60,496 nucleotides of DNA, filler included, from Candidatus Woesearchaeota archaeon (GCA_046538795.1; 5 parts of 5 records of this genome joined end to end with filler, not necessarily neighbours in it); one strand, 5' to 3'. Positions 7,904-17,960 are shown, numbered from the whole stretch's first letter. Translations and numbers: made by a program. Notes: generated from the letters alone by a model not told the origin.

Positions 7904-10528
7904 ATGATGATGATGGATGAATCAGATTTCGTACATAAAGAGGTTGAGAGTATAACATTCGGTCTGTTCAGCCCGAAGATGATAAAAAGGTTGGCTGCCG
8001 CAAAAGTGGTGACTCCAGAACTGTATGATAAGGAAGGATACCCTGTAGATGGCGGACTTATGGATACAAGGATGGGTGTCATAGATCCAGGTCTTGTCTG
8101 TAGGACAGATGGACGAAAGCTTAAGGATTGTTTGGGGCATTTCGGATATATAGAGCTTGCAAGACCAATAGTTCATATAAAATTCATAAATGTAATACTC
8201 AATATACTTAGGTGCACCTGTCAGGAATGTGGGCGTGTTCTTACAAAAAATCCTGAATCTCTGGTCGTAGAAGATGAGCCTGAATCAGATTCTGATGATG
8301 AATCTGGCGAAGACGTTGATGTTCAGACGACTTTTCTTAGCCGTGGAGCAAAAGGAAGGCAGATTAAATCTGTGATCGCTGATCTTAAAAGCGTTTCCAA
8401 GTGTCCTCATTGCGGTGCAAAGCAGGGCAAGATAACAATCGAAAAGCCTACAACATTCCTTGAGAATGAGAAGAGAATATCTCCTATAGAGATAAGGACA
8501 AGGCTTGAAAGGGTATCTGATGATGATCTAAAAGTATTTGGTCTTGATGGCTCAAGGATGAGGCCTGAGTGGATGGTTTTGACTATTATGGCAATACCAC
8601 CTGTAACCATGAGACCTTCAATAACTCTTGAATCAGGAGAGAGAAGTGAAGACGATCTAACCCATAAGTTGGGTGACATAGTAAGGATAAATCAAAGATT
8701 GTTTGAAAACATCAATGCAGGAGCACCAGAGATAATAATTGAAGATCTCTGGGATCTTCTTCAATATCACGTTACAACTTTCTTTGATAATGCTGTAGCA
8801 CAACTTCCGCCTGCAAGACACAGGAGCGGACAGCCTCTTAAGACTATAACAGAAAGGATAAAGAGTAAAGAAGGAAGGATAAGGCATAATCTTGCAGGAA
8901 AAAGAACAAACTTCTGTGCAAGAACTGTTATTTCCCCTGATCCAAAACTTGAGTTCAACGAAGTAGGGGTTCCTAAGGAGATCGCTATGAACCTCACTGT
9001 TCCTGAACAGATAACTGAATGGAATGTTGATTATCTTAAGAAATTCATACTAAACGGTGCAAAAAAATATCCTGGTGCTAATTATATATTAAGACCGGAT
9101 GGAAAGAGGAAGAAGATAACTGATGAGACAAAAGAGCAATTCCTTGAAGAGATACAGCCTGGATATATTGTAGAAAGGCATCTTCTTGATGGTGATATCG
9201 CTCTTTTCAACAGACAGCCTAGTCTTCACAGGATGAGCATGATGTGCCACAAGGTAAGAGTTCTTCCTCACAGGACTTTGAGGATGAATCCTGCTGTATG
9301 TCACCCATATAACGCTGACTTTGATGGAGACGAAATGAATCTTCATATACCTCAGACTCCTGAGGCAAGAGCAGAAGCAGAGATTCTCATGCAGGTACAG
9401 ACACAACTGATAAGTCCTGCTTATGGTCTTTCTATAATAGGATGCATGCAGGATTCTATTTCAGGAAACTATATACTTACAAAAAAACTTGAGTTTAACA
9501 AGGAAAATGCAATAGCCATACTTTCGGCAATCGGCATGACTGATTTTTCAAAGATAACAAGTCTCAAGAAAGATACTGTTACTGGAAAAGAAGTCTTTTC
9601 AGCGACTCTGCCAAATGATTTTAACTTTAGAGGCAAATCAAAAGCTGACAACGATGAGGTAATCATTAAGGATGGTGTGTTGATATCAGGTTGCATGGAC
9701 AAGAAAAATCTTGGAGAAGGTTCAGGACTCATGCTTAGGAACCTTCACAAGCAGTATGGTCCTGATAAAGCCATAGAAATAATTGGAAACATATTCAGGC
9801 TGGGAATCGAGATACTTCTTAGATATGGTTTCTCTATGGCAATCTCAGATGTGGATCTTCCAAAGAATGCACGTGAAAAGGTTGAAGAAGTGCTTTCAAA
9901 AGCAGAAGATCAGGTTGACATGCTTATTGAGGAATTCAACAAAGGTCTTCTTGAAGCGATTCCAGGAAGATCAGAGAAAGAGACCCTTGAACTTAAGATA
10001 CTTGAGATACTTAATCGTGCGAGAAACGAGGCTGGTAAAGCGGTTCAGGAAAATGTCGATAAGACCACAAATACTATCATCATGATAGATTCCGGAGCAA
10101 GAGGTAACCTTATCAACCCTGCTCAGATGTCTGCATGTGTAGGACAGCAGGCTTTCAGAGGAAGAAGGATTGAGAAAGGATATTCTGGAAGGACACTTTC
10201 GTGTTTTGAAAAGGGAGATCTTAAACCTCATGCGCATGGGTTTGTAAGAGGAGGATATAAAAGCGGACTTAAGCCTCATGAATTCTTCTTTGCAGCCATG
10301 ACTGGAAGGGACAGCCTGATGGATACTGCACTACGAACTCCTAAATCGGGTTATCTTTATAGAAGGCTTGCAAATGCTCTTCAGGACATGAGAGTAGATT
10401 ATGATGGTACAGTCAGAGATGCTAACCAGAGGATCGTCCAGTTTGAATACGGTGAAGATAGCATAGATGTCTCAAGAAGTGAAGGCGGCAAGATCAACGT
10501 TAAGAAGATAATCCAGGAACAAAGCTAG
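7904..10528 (+). CDS. rpoA1: RNA polymerase subunit A' (Rpo1N)
   Basis: NADFDGDEMN catalytic motif, NRQPSLH, bridge helix DTALRTPKSGYLYRRL. Confidence 0.98.
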   Translation: MMMMDESDFVHKEVESITFGLFSPKMIKRLAAAKVVTPELYDKEGYPVDGGLMDTRMGVIDPGLVCRTDGRKLKDCLGHFGYIELARPIVHIKFINVILNILRCTCQECGRVLTKNPESLVVEDEPESDSDDESGEDVDVQTTFLSRGAKGRQIKSVIADLKSVSKCPHCGAKQGKITIEKPTTFLENEKRISPIEIRTRLERVSDDDLKVFGLDGSRMRPEWMVLTIMAIPPVTMRPSITLESGERSEDDLTHKLGDIVRINQRLFENINAGAPEIIIEDLWDLLQYHVTTFFDNAVAQLPPARHRSGQPLKTITERIKSKEGRIRHNLAGKRTNFCARTVISPDPKLEFNEVGVPKEIAMNLTVPEQITEWNVDYLKKFILNGAKKYPGANYILRPDGKRKKITDETKEQFLEEIQPGYIVERHLLDGDIALFNRQPSLHRMSMMCHKVRVLPHRTLRMNPAVCHPYNADFDGDEMNLHIPQTPEARAEAEILMQVQTQLISPAYGLSIIGCMQDSISGNYILTKKLEFNKENAIAILSAIGMTDFSKITSLKKDTVTGKEVFSATLPNDFNFRGKSKADNDEVIIKDGVLISGCMDKKNLGEGSGLMLRNLHKQYGPDKAIEIIGNIFRLGIEILLRYGFSMAISDVDLPKNAREKVEEVLSKAEDQVDMLIEEFNKGLLEAIPGRSEKETLELKILEILNRARNEAGKAVQENVDKTTNTIIMIDSGARGNLINPAQMSACVGQQAFRGRRIEKGYSGRTLSCFEKGDLKPHAHGFVRGGYKSGLKPHEFFFAAMTGRDSLMDTALRTPKSGYLYRRLANALQDMRVDYDGTVRDANQRIVQFEYGEDSIDVSRSEGGKINVKKIIQEQS

Positions 10529-10561
10529 ATTATATGATCACAATCTTTCAGGTGAATTATA

Positions 10562-11692
10562 ATGAATGAAAAAATCTTTAATGAATATGAAGGAAAGCTT
10601 CCACAAAGCATACTTGATGACGTCAAAGAAAATATTGACGAGAATATCACAGATGCAAAACTAAAGAAGATTCTTGAAATTGTATATGATGACTATGAGC
10701 AGGCTAAGATAGATGCAGGAGAAAGCGTAGGTCTTGTTGCTGCTGAATCCATAGGTGAACCAGGTACCCAGATGACCCTTAACACCAAGAATTTTCAGGG
10801 AGTTGCAGAAATGCAGGTTACTATGGGTCTTCCAAGAATAATAGAGATATTTGACTGCAGGAAAAAACTTTCCACACCGCTTATGGAGATTTTTCTGAAA
10901 GAACCATATAACAAGGGCAAAGACATTAAAAAACTCGCTATGCTTGTAAAAGAGACAAAGCTTGGAGATCTTTCTCAGGAATTTTCTATAAATCTTGCAG
11001 AGATGACTATTGAAATAAAATTAGATGATAAGAAAATACAGAAGCTTGATGTTGACAAGGATAAGATAGTCAAAAACATCAATAAAGCTCTTACAAATTT
11101 CACTGTAAAAGAAAAAGATGAAAAAATTATCCTTAAACCAAAAGGAAAAGATGATGATATAAACAATGTCTACAAGGTAAAAGAAAAACTTAAACAGCTT
11201 TATGTATTTGGCATAAAAGGCATAACTCAGGTACTCCCTGTAAAAAGAGGAGATGAGTTTGTTATACTTACTGCAGGAAGCAATCTTAAAGAAGCGCTTA
11301 AGCTTGACTTTGTCGATCCAGAAAGGATACTCACAAATGATATCCATGAAATGGAAGCTATATTTGGAATTGAAGCTGCAAGACAGGTCATAATAAATGA
11401 AGTCTTCAAGGTTATTGAGACACAGGGTCTTGATGTTGATATAAGGCACATAATGCTGGTTTCAGATACAATGTGCGCATCAGGAAGAATGAAAGGTATA
11501 ACAAGAGTTGGTGTTGTATCAGAAAAATCTTCTGTTCTTGCAAGGGCATCATTTGAGACCCCATTAAAACACATAATAAGGGCAGCTCTATATGGTGAGG
11601 AAGACAAGCTTAATTCAGTCATCGAGAACGTAATGATGAACCAGGTTGTCCCTGTAGGTACAGGCATGACCAAGCTTAAATCGAAGATCTGA
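10562..11692 (+). CDS. rpoA2: RNA polymerase subunit A'' (Rpo1C)
   Basis: AAESIGEPGTQMTL, GLPRIIEI, SVLARASFET, VPVGTG. Confidence 0.97.
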   Translation: MNEKIFNEYEGKLPQSILDDVKENIDENITDAKLKKILEIVYDDYEQAKIDAGESVGLVAAESIGEPGTQMTLNTKNFQGVAEMQVTMGLPRIIEIFDCRKKLSTPLMEIFLKEPYNKGKDIKKLAMLVKETKLGDLSQEFSINLAEMTIEIKLDDKKIQKLDVDKDKIVKNINKALTNFTVKEKDEKIILKPKGKDDDINNVYKVKEKLKQLYVFGIKGITQVLPVKRGDEFVILTAGSNLKEALKLDFVDPERILTNDIHEMEAIFGIEAARQVIINEVFKVIETQGLDVDIRHIMLVSDTMCASGRMKGITRVGVVSEKSSVLARASFETPLKHIIRAALYGEEDKLNSVIENVMMNQVVPVGTGMTKLKSKI

Positions 11693-11759
11693 GAGAAAGC
11701 TTTTTAAATCATTTATTATTTTTTTGAAGAATATTATTATAATAGGAGCTGTATGAAAA

Positions 11760-12026
11760 ATGGCAGATGAAATAACAGAAATAAGAAATGCGTTAGGAAA
11801 AGATACGCTTGTGATAGGTAATGACAGGGTTCTTAAATTGCTTAAGAACGATAAGCTTTCAAAAGTATTGCTAAGTTCAAATGTTTCAGAGGAAATGGAA
11901 ACTGAAATAAATACTTATGCTAAGATAGCTAATGTTCCTGTAGTTAAACTTGATATCCCGAATGATGAGATTAAGGTTATGTGCAAGAAACAATTCCTTA
12001 TCTCTGTATTAGGAATACTAAAATAG
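11760..12026 (+). CDS. rpl30e: 50S ribosomal protein eL30
   Basis: L7Ae/L30e-like sequence in the conserved position after rpoA''. Confidence 0.85.
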   Translation: MADEITEIRNALGKDTLVIGNDRVLKLLKNDKLSKVLLSSNVSEEMETEINTYAKIANVPVVKLDIPNDEIKVMCKKQFLISVLGILK

Positions 12027-12038
12027 ATTGTTTTGCAA

Positions 12039-12464
12039 ATGGAAAAACGAATATTATCTTCTGATCTGATGAAATATATCGCACTTTTTCAGGCGATCAC
12101 AAGGACTGATGTGAAGGATTGCTTTGAGCAGAATAATCAGATAATCTTTGTGGTTATGGAAAACCAGCTTGGAAAAGCAGTTGGAAAAGGAGCTTCAAAA
12201 GTCAAGCTTATCCAGAACAAGCTAAACAAACAGGTGCGTGTCATTGAATACAAGTCTGAAGTCAAAAGCTTTATAAAGAGCTTGTTATTTCCTTTGAGAA
12301 TACGCGATATTACAGAGCAGGATGGCATAATTGAAGTAACTCCGGAAGACATAAAAACAAGGGGTCTCATGATTGGCCGAAATGCTCAGAATCTTAGAAA
12401 TACTGAAAAAATTGTGCAACGATTTTTTGATGTGACTGAGATAAAGATCAAAAATCCTCAATGA
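12039..12464 (+). CDS. nusA: Archaeal NusA (two KH domains)
   Basis: GKAVGKGA and GLMIGRNAQN KH motifs; synteny. Confidence 0.93.
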   Translation: MEKRILSSDLMKYIALFQAITRTDVKDCFEQNNQIIFVVMENQLGKAVGKGASKVKLIQNKLNKQVRVIEYKSEVKSFIKSLLFPLRIRDITEQDGIIEVTPEDIKTRGLMIGRNAQNLRNTEKIVQRFFDVTEIKIKNPQ

Positions 12465-12499
12465 TTGGATTTGATAAAAAATATGAAGGTAATACTAAA

Positions 12500-12537
12500 A
12501 TGGCAAAAACGTTGAAATTTCTTTGAAATTTCAGGCT
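12500..12537 (+). other. Probable start of ribosomal protein uS12, interrupted by a hairpin and cut by the contig end
   Basis: Synteny only (nusA is normally followed by rps12). GAAGGT RBS, then ATG GCA AAA, then a hairpin with an in-frame TGA. Confidence 0.4.
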
Positions 12538-12637
12538 NNNNNNNNNNNNNNNNNNNNNNNNNNNNNNNNNNNNNNNNNNNNTTAATTAATTAANNNNNNN
12601 NNNNNNNNNNNNNNNNNNNNNNNNNNNNNNNNNNNNN
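12538..12637. other. Artificial contig linker
   Basis: 44 N + TTAATTAATTAA + 44 N. Confidence 0.99.
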
Positions 12638-13077
12638 CCTTGAAAAACAACAATATATGCCCTGTGTGCAAAAAGCCTCTTACAATAGGAGTCTTGAACC
12701 GTGTTGAAGAATTAGCAGACAGAGAAGAAGGTGAAAGATCTCCAAATGCAAGGCCAAACAAGCATCTCATTCCGTTAGCAGAAGTGATTTCAGGAGTTTC
12801 CGGAGGATCAGTTACCTCAAAAAAGAATTTCTCAACATATTTTGATCTTATCAAAAAGCATGAAAACGAATTCAACATCCTTCTTAATGTTCCAAAAGAA
12901 GAGCTTGCAAAAACAGTTGACGAAAAGATAGCAGATGCGATAATTGCAAACAGAAACGAGAAAATAAAGATGAAACCCGGCTATGACGGCGTCTATGGAG
13001 TTCCTGTGTTTGGTGATCAAAGGGTTGAAGAAGAATCTCCTGTGGTTGGTTCGCAAAAATCATTGTCTGAATTCTAG
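12638..13077 (+). CDS. Endonuclease Q / TIGR00375-like PHP protein, C-terminal fragment
   Basis: CPVCKKPLTIGVLNRVEELADR, LIPLAEVI, PGYDGVYG. Confidence 0.85.
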
Positions 13078-13805
13078 TTTCTCTTTACTATAACTAAAGA
13101 CACATCATCATAACGATCATCTTTTGGAAGAAAACAACTGCCAAAGCCATCTACATCTGTTATCAAAGACACGAGTTTTTCTGACGTCATATGCCTATTT
13201 TCATAAAGAAAATGGTCAAGTCTGTAATCTTCATCATCAGGTGAAGTATTGTTCACATGATACATGTTATCGTGCATGCCATCGCTTCTTAGAAGTATCA
13301 TTTCTCCACTATCCATCAATTTCTCATAAAGAGAAGAATGAACTGTCCTGTTGTAGAACTCAAGATGGCCTTTAAGATCAAGATATTCTATATTTCCTGT
13401 CCTGTCCATTAAAATAGGCTTTTCAATTCCTGCATTAGCTAAATTGATATATTCATTGTCAACCCTTACCTGAAGAAGCGCGCCTACCGGCTGCCATGGA
13501 GAAAGCTCAAGATCTTTATCTCGTCTTGGAAAGTTTCTTGAAAGAAAAGAAAGCTCTTTTTCAGAATCAGCCCTTGTCCCCCAGCCATATTTTCTAACGC
13601 GATTCATGTATCTGCTAAAATCAGACCCAAGGTCTTTGTCATGCCCCATAGTATCTGCAAGAAATATACCCACAGAATCACCGTCTTTTCCAGGAAAGAA
13701 TTTGATAATATCACCATAAGAACAAAGAGCATAAGCTATCTGATAATCTCCAAAACCAAAGCTTCCGATTTCCAGTTCACGTCCGTCTTCTGATATATAG
13801 GTCAT
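13074..13805 (-). CDS. PP2C-type (SpoIIE/RsbU-like) phosphatase domain protein
   Basis: IFLADTMGH, NAG..P, LLRSDGM, C-terminal DDVSLVIV. Confidence 0.8.
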   Translation of the reverse strand: MTYISEDGRELEIGSFGFGDYQIAYALCSYGDIIKFFPGKDGDSVGIFLADTMGHDKDLGSDFSRYMNRVRKYGWGTRADSEKELSFLSRNFPRRDKDLELSPWQPVGALLQVRVDNEYINLANAGIEKPILMDRTGNIEYLDLKGHLEFYNRTVHSSLYEKLMDSGEMILLRSDGMHDNMYHVNNTSPDDEDYRLDHFLYENRHMTSEKLVSLITDVDGFGSCFLPKDDRYDDVSLVIVKRN

Positions 13806-13920
13806 TTTTCCTATTATTAAGGCACAAACCATCTACATGTTTTTATAAAACTTTCGTTACTGGGCAGTAGATTAAAAACAGTAAGCTTTAAATACTGCTC
13901 TTATTTCCTCAGGAATTACA

Positions 13921-15216
13921 ATGAAAATTGCAGTTTTTGGTACAGGATATGTAGGATTAACCGTCGGAACATGCTTTTCTAATCTTGGAAATGATGTTGT
14001 TTGTGTTGACATTGACAAAGAAAAGGTAGAGAACCTGAAAAAAGGAATAATTCCTATATATGAACCAGGCCTTTCTGAGATGGTAGTAAGAAACCATGAA
14101 GAAGGAAGACTTATTTTCACACTTAATGCTGAAAAGGCAGTAAAAGAAAATGATATAATTTTCATAGGTGTCGGAACACCACAAGATGAGACAGGAAAAG
14201 CTGATTTAAGATTTATTGAAGCTGTTGCTGAAACCATCGGAAAAAATATGGATTCTTACAAGGTTGTTGTTACAAAGAGCACAGTTCCTGTAGGAACAAA
14301 CCATAAGGTAAAAAAGATAATCAAAAAATTCTATAAAGGCGATTTTGATGTTGTATCAAATCCAGAATTCCTAAAAGAAGGTTCTGCAGTAAGAGATTTT
14401 CTTTCTCCTGACAGGGTTGTTATAGGAGTTGAGTCTGAAAAAGCAGAAAAGATCATGAGAACACTTTACAAGGATATTGAAAGGATCAATAGACCGGTAG
14501 TTGTTACTGATGTTAAAAGCGCAGAACTCATAAAATATGCATCAAATTCATTTTTAGCAATGAAAATCTCATTCATGAATGAGATCGCTAATCTTTCTGA
14601 GAGAGTAGGAGCAGATGTCAAAGAGATAATCAAAGGCGTAGGTCTTGATACAAGGATAGGTTTTAGGTTCCTTCAGCCAGGTGTTGGTTATGGAGGAAGT
14701 TGTTTTCCAAAAGATCTAAGAGCACTAATAAAGACAGGAGAGTTTCATGGCTGTGATTTCTTCTTGCTTGAAGCTGCTGAAAAGGTCAACAGAAAACAGA
14801 AGATATCAGTTATTCCTAAAGCAGAAAAGATGCTTGGTGACTTTGAAGGAAAGACTGTCGCTGTTTTAGGTCTTGCATTCAAGCCAAAGACAGACGATAT
14901 GAGAGAAGCTCCTGCAATCGATATAATCAATAATCTTCTTGAAAGAGGAGCAGATGTAAGAACATTTGATCCAACTGCAATGGAAAATGCAAAAAAAATC
15001 TTTGGAAACAAGATATATTATGCAAAAAATCCATATGACACTCTTGAAGGTGCTGACTGCATGATTCTTGCAACTGAATGGGATGAGTTCAGAGCGCTTG
15101 ACAGGAGAAAGATTAAGAAACTCATGAAAAAACCTTATGTTGTTGATGGAAGAAACATCTATGACAAAGATGCATTCCTAAAAGACGGTTTCAGATATGC
15201 AGGCGTCGGTAGATAA
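13921..15216 (+). CDS. ugd: UDP-glucose 6-dehydrogenase
   Basis: GTGYVG, KSTVPVGT, SNPEFLKEG, GYGGSCFPKD. Confidence 0.95.
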   Translation: MKIAVFGTGYVGLTVGTCFSNLGNDVVCVDIDKEKVENLKKGIIPIYEPGLSEMVVRNHEEGRLIFTLNAEKAVKENDIIFIGVGTPQDETGKADLRFIEAVAETIGKNMDSYKVVVTKSTVPVGTNHKVKKIIKKFYKGDFDVVSNPEFLKEGSAVRDFLSPDRVVIGVESEKAEKIMRTLYKDIERINRPVVVTDVKSAELIKYASNSFLAMKISFMNEIANLSERVGADVKEIIKGVGLDTRIGFRFLQPGVGYGGSCFPKDLRALIKTGEFHGCDFFLLEAAEKVNRKQKISVIPKAEKMLGDFEGKTVAVLGLAFKPKTDDMREAPAIDIINNLLERGADVRTFDPTAMENAKKIFGNKIYYAKNPYDTLEGADCMILATEWDEFRALDRRKIKKLMKKPYVVDGRNIYDKDAFLKDGFRYAGVGR

Positions 15217-15251
15217 GAAGTTTTATAAAGAAAATATTATTATTCTTTTTT

Positions 15252-16211
15252 ATGCATGATACAATACTTGTTACAGGCTGTGCTGGATTTATTGGCTTCC
15301 ATACAGCAATGAGGCTTCTTGAAGAAGATAAGTTGGTTATAGGAATAGACAACCTTAATGAATACTATGATCCTGAACTTAAGAAAAAACGGCTTAAAGA
15401 ACTCCAGATATTTGATGATTTCAGGTTCTTTAAAGGCGATCTTTCTGATTCTGCATTTATCGACAAGATATTTTCAGAAAACAAAATAAGCAAGGTATGT
15501 CATCTTGGAGCCCAGGCAGGAGTAAGATATTCTATAGATAACCCTCATGTATATGCAAGATCAAATATTGAAGGAACTGCAAACATCCTTGAATCATGCA
15601 GAAAACATGGAGTAAAAGACGTTGTTTTAGCATCATCATCAAGTGTCTATGGAAACAGCGAAAACATGCCTCTTTCTGAAGACCAAAGAGCAGATAAGCC
15701 TGTTTCATTGTATGCTGCGACAAAAAAATCAAATGAAGATATGGCTTTTACATATCATCATCTTTTCGGGCTTAACTGCACTTGCTTGAGGTTTTTCACA
15801 GTATATGGCCCATGGGGACGGCCTGACATGGCGCTTTTTAAGTTTACAAAAAACATCCTTGAAAAAAAACCGATACAGGTATTCAATGATGGAGATATGT
15901 ACAGGGATTTTACATATATTACTGATATTGTTTCAGGAGTGCTTTTTGCAATAGAAAAACCCTTAGGGTATGAAGTTATTAATCTTGCAAGAGGAGAACC
16001 AGTAAAACTTCTTGATTTTGTTTCTGAAATAGAAAATAATCTTGGAATAAAAGCAGAAAAAGATCTGCTTCCTATGCAGCCTGGTGATGTATATAAGACA
16101 TTTGGAGACATAACTAAAGCCAAAAAACTTCTTAATTATGAACCAAAAGTCTCTCTTTCTGAAGGGGTAAAACAATTTGTAAACTGGTATAAAAACCATT
16201 ATTCTACTTAA
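15252..16211 (+). CDS. NAD-dependent epimerase (UDP-glucuronate 4-epimerase type)
   Basis: GCAGFIG, AQAGVRYS, YAATKK, RFFTVYGPWGRPDMA. Confidence 0.92.
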   Translation: MHDTILVTGCAGFIGFHTAMRLLEEDKLVIGIDNLNEYYDPELKKKRLKELQIFDDFRFFKGDLSDSAFIDKIFSENKISKVCHLGAQAGVRYSIDNPHVYARSNIEGTANILESCRKHGVKDVVLASSSSVYGNSENMPLSEDQRADKPVSLYAATKKSNEDMAFTYHHLFGLNCTCLRFFTVYGPWGRPDMALFKFTKNILEKKPIQVFNDGDMYRDFTYITDIVSGVLFAIEKPLGYEVINLARGEPVKLLDFVSEIENNLGIKAEKDLLPMQPGDVYKTFGDITKAKKLLNYEPKVSLSEGVKQFVNWYKNHYST

Positions 16212-16238
16212 TCTTTTTAAATACATAATGATTATTTC

Positions 16239-17084
16239 ATGAAAATGTCCGGACTTGATATTTATTTGAAAGAGATTAGAAAAATTCCAGTACCGAATCA
16301 TGAAGAACAGATTGAGCTTTCTAAGAAAATTTCTGAAGGTGATCCTGAAAGCAAGAAACGGATGATTGAAGGAAATCTTGGTCTTGTCGTAAGCATTGCA
16401 AAAAAATATTATGGAAGTGATGATCTTGAGGATCTTATTAATGAAGGGAATAAAGGGTTGATGAGAGCTGTTGAAAAATTTGATCATACAAAAGGATTTA
16501 GATTCAGCACTTATGCAACATGCTTAATAAAGCAAAAGATATCCCGTTATCTTTCTTCTAAGAGTATGATAAGAGATCCTGAACAGGTCAAATCTGAAAA
16601 AAAGCGAATATTCAGATATGTTGAAGATTATGAAAAACAAAATAGCAGAAAACCAAGCTATTATGAGATAGCCAATCATATGAACAGGTTTTCAAAAAAA
16701 GCATATTCAGAAAAAGATGTTGAATATATATTAATGACAGATATTAAAACAAGCACGATTTCTCTTGACAATGTTATAGGAGAAGATGAAAACGCCAATC
16801 TGATTGACTTCATTAAAGGATATGACGGAAGGGATCTTGCAGATGATGTGCATAAAAATCATCTTTATCAGATAATATCTGATGAGATCACTGATCTGGA
16901 TTGCAGTGATGATATTAAAAAGGTTCTAAGAAAAAGGCTCTATGACAACAGGAGCGTTTCAGAAATATCTACTGATCTTGGAATAATGCCTGAAAGAGTA
17001 AAAAGCAGATATTCAAAAGGGCTTCGTATCCTAAGAAATTCTCTTGAAACAAAGGGATTTGATGAAAATTTTTTTAAATCATGA
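16239..17084 (+). CDS. Sigma-70 family factor (RpoD/RpoS-like regions 1.2, 2, 3, 4)
   Basis: [53 protein letters not shown]-terminal HTH. Confidence 0.92.
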   Translation: MKMSGLDIYLKEIRKIPVPNHEEQIELSKKISEGDPESKKRMIEGNLGLVVSIAKKYYGSDDLEDLINEGNKGLMRAVEKFDHTKGFRFSTYATCLIKQKISRYLSSKSMIRDPEQVKSEKKRIFRYVEDYEKQNSRKPSYYEIANHMNRFSKKAYSEKDVEYILMTDIKTSTISLDNVIGEDENANLIDFIKGYDGRDLADDVHKNHLYQIISDEITDLDCSDDIKKVLRKRLYDNRSVSEISTDLGIMPERVKSRYSKGLRILRNSLETKGFDENFFKS

Positions 17085-17099
17085 AAATATTCTTTTTTT

Positions 17100-17342
17100 A
17101 TGGATTGCTTTCTTACAGAAAAACAGCAAAAAGATCTTCTTGAACTGATTATTAAAACAGAAGTAGAGCTTCTGCATAGCAAGGAAAGACCACACAGGAC
17201 AGCAGTAGTAGATCTTCCTGACAATTTTGATTTTTCAGGCAATGTCTATTCAGGACTTATTGAACATTTTGATAATTACAGGATAATGCCTGAAAATTCA
17301 ATATATGGAAAAAAGCTTATTTTATATTGTGATGGTTTATAA
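17100..17342 (+). CDS. Hypothetical protein
   Basis: 80-aa ORF directly after the sigma gene; no motif recognised. Confidence 0.5.
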   Translation: MDCFLTEKQQKDLLELIIKTEVELLHSKERPHRTAVVDLPDNFDFSGNVYSGLIEHFDNYRIMPENSIYGKKLILYCDGL

Positions 17343-17347
17343 AAAAA

Positions 17348-17731
17348 TCATAGATCTAACAATTTCAAAGATTTTATAGTGCTAAAGTGTTTCTTATTAT
17401 CTGTAACAAGAATACAATTCACATCGATGCAAGATGCTGCAATTAGTATATCGTTTTCATTTATCATGCTACCTGAATTCTTAAGATTATTATGTAATTT
17501 TGCTGCAATCTTAGATGTGCTTTCACCAAAAGGAACTATTTCAATATTTTTCATAAATTCATCGAGAAGAGACTTATTTTTAATATAATTTTTTGACTGG
17601 TAACATCCTTTTGTCAATTCATACAAATTGATAGAGCCTGTAAAGATTCTATCCTTAATTAGTTCTTGCATAACTGTTTTATGTTTTCCTCTAAAAAAGT
17701 TAATAACAAAATCAGTATCCAGGAAATACAT
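17348..17731 (-). CDS. vapC: VapC/PIN toxin
   Basis: FLDTDFVI, ELTKG, DILIAAS, LVTDNKKHF. Confidence 0.92.
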   Translation of the reverse strand: MYFLDTDFVINFFRGKHKTVMQELIKDRIFTGSINLYELTKGCYQSKNYIKNKSLLDEFMKNIEIVPFGESTSKIAAKLHNNLKNSGSMINENDILIAASCIDVNCILVTDNKKHFSTIKSLKLLDL

Positions 17732-17732
17732 T

Positions 17733-17960
17733 TTAATCAAATTTAGGAGATTTGTATTTTGTCAAATTCCTATCCCTCACAATCTTATCAACTTCTCTCC
17801 CAAAACTTTCATCTTTCAAAGCACCTGAAAGAGATAAAAGTTTTTTCCTGTCACGAATTGGTCTCATTTTTTTAATTACTTTTGAAAAAGATTCATCTTT
17901 TTCTTTGAACGATTTCAAATAATCATACGCATCATCTGAAATGGAAATAACTTTAGTCAT
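17733..17960 (-). CDS. VapB-type antitoxin
   Basis: MTKVISISDDAY..L...K...ESFSKVI; directly upstream of the PIN gene. Confidence 0.88.
   Translation of the reverse strand: MTKVISISDDAYDYLKSFKEKDESFSKVIKKMRPIRDRKKLLSLSGALKDESFGREVDKIVRDRNLTKYKSPKFD

Noticed and set aside
4497..11692. Split rpoB and rpoA genes
   Set aside because: Normal for many archaea.
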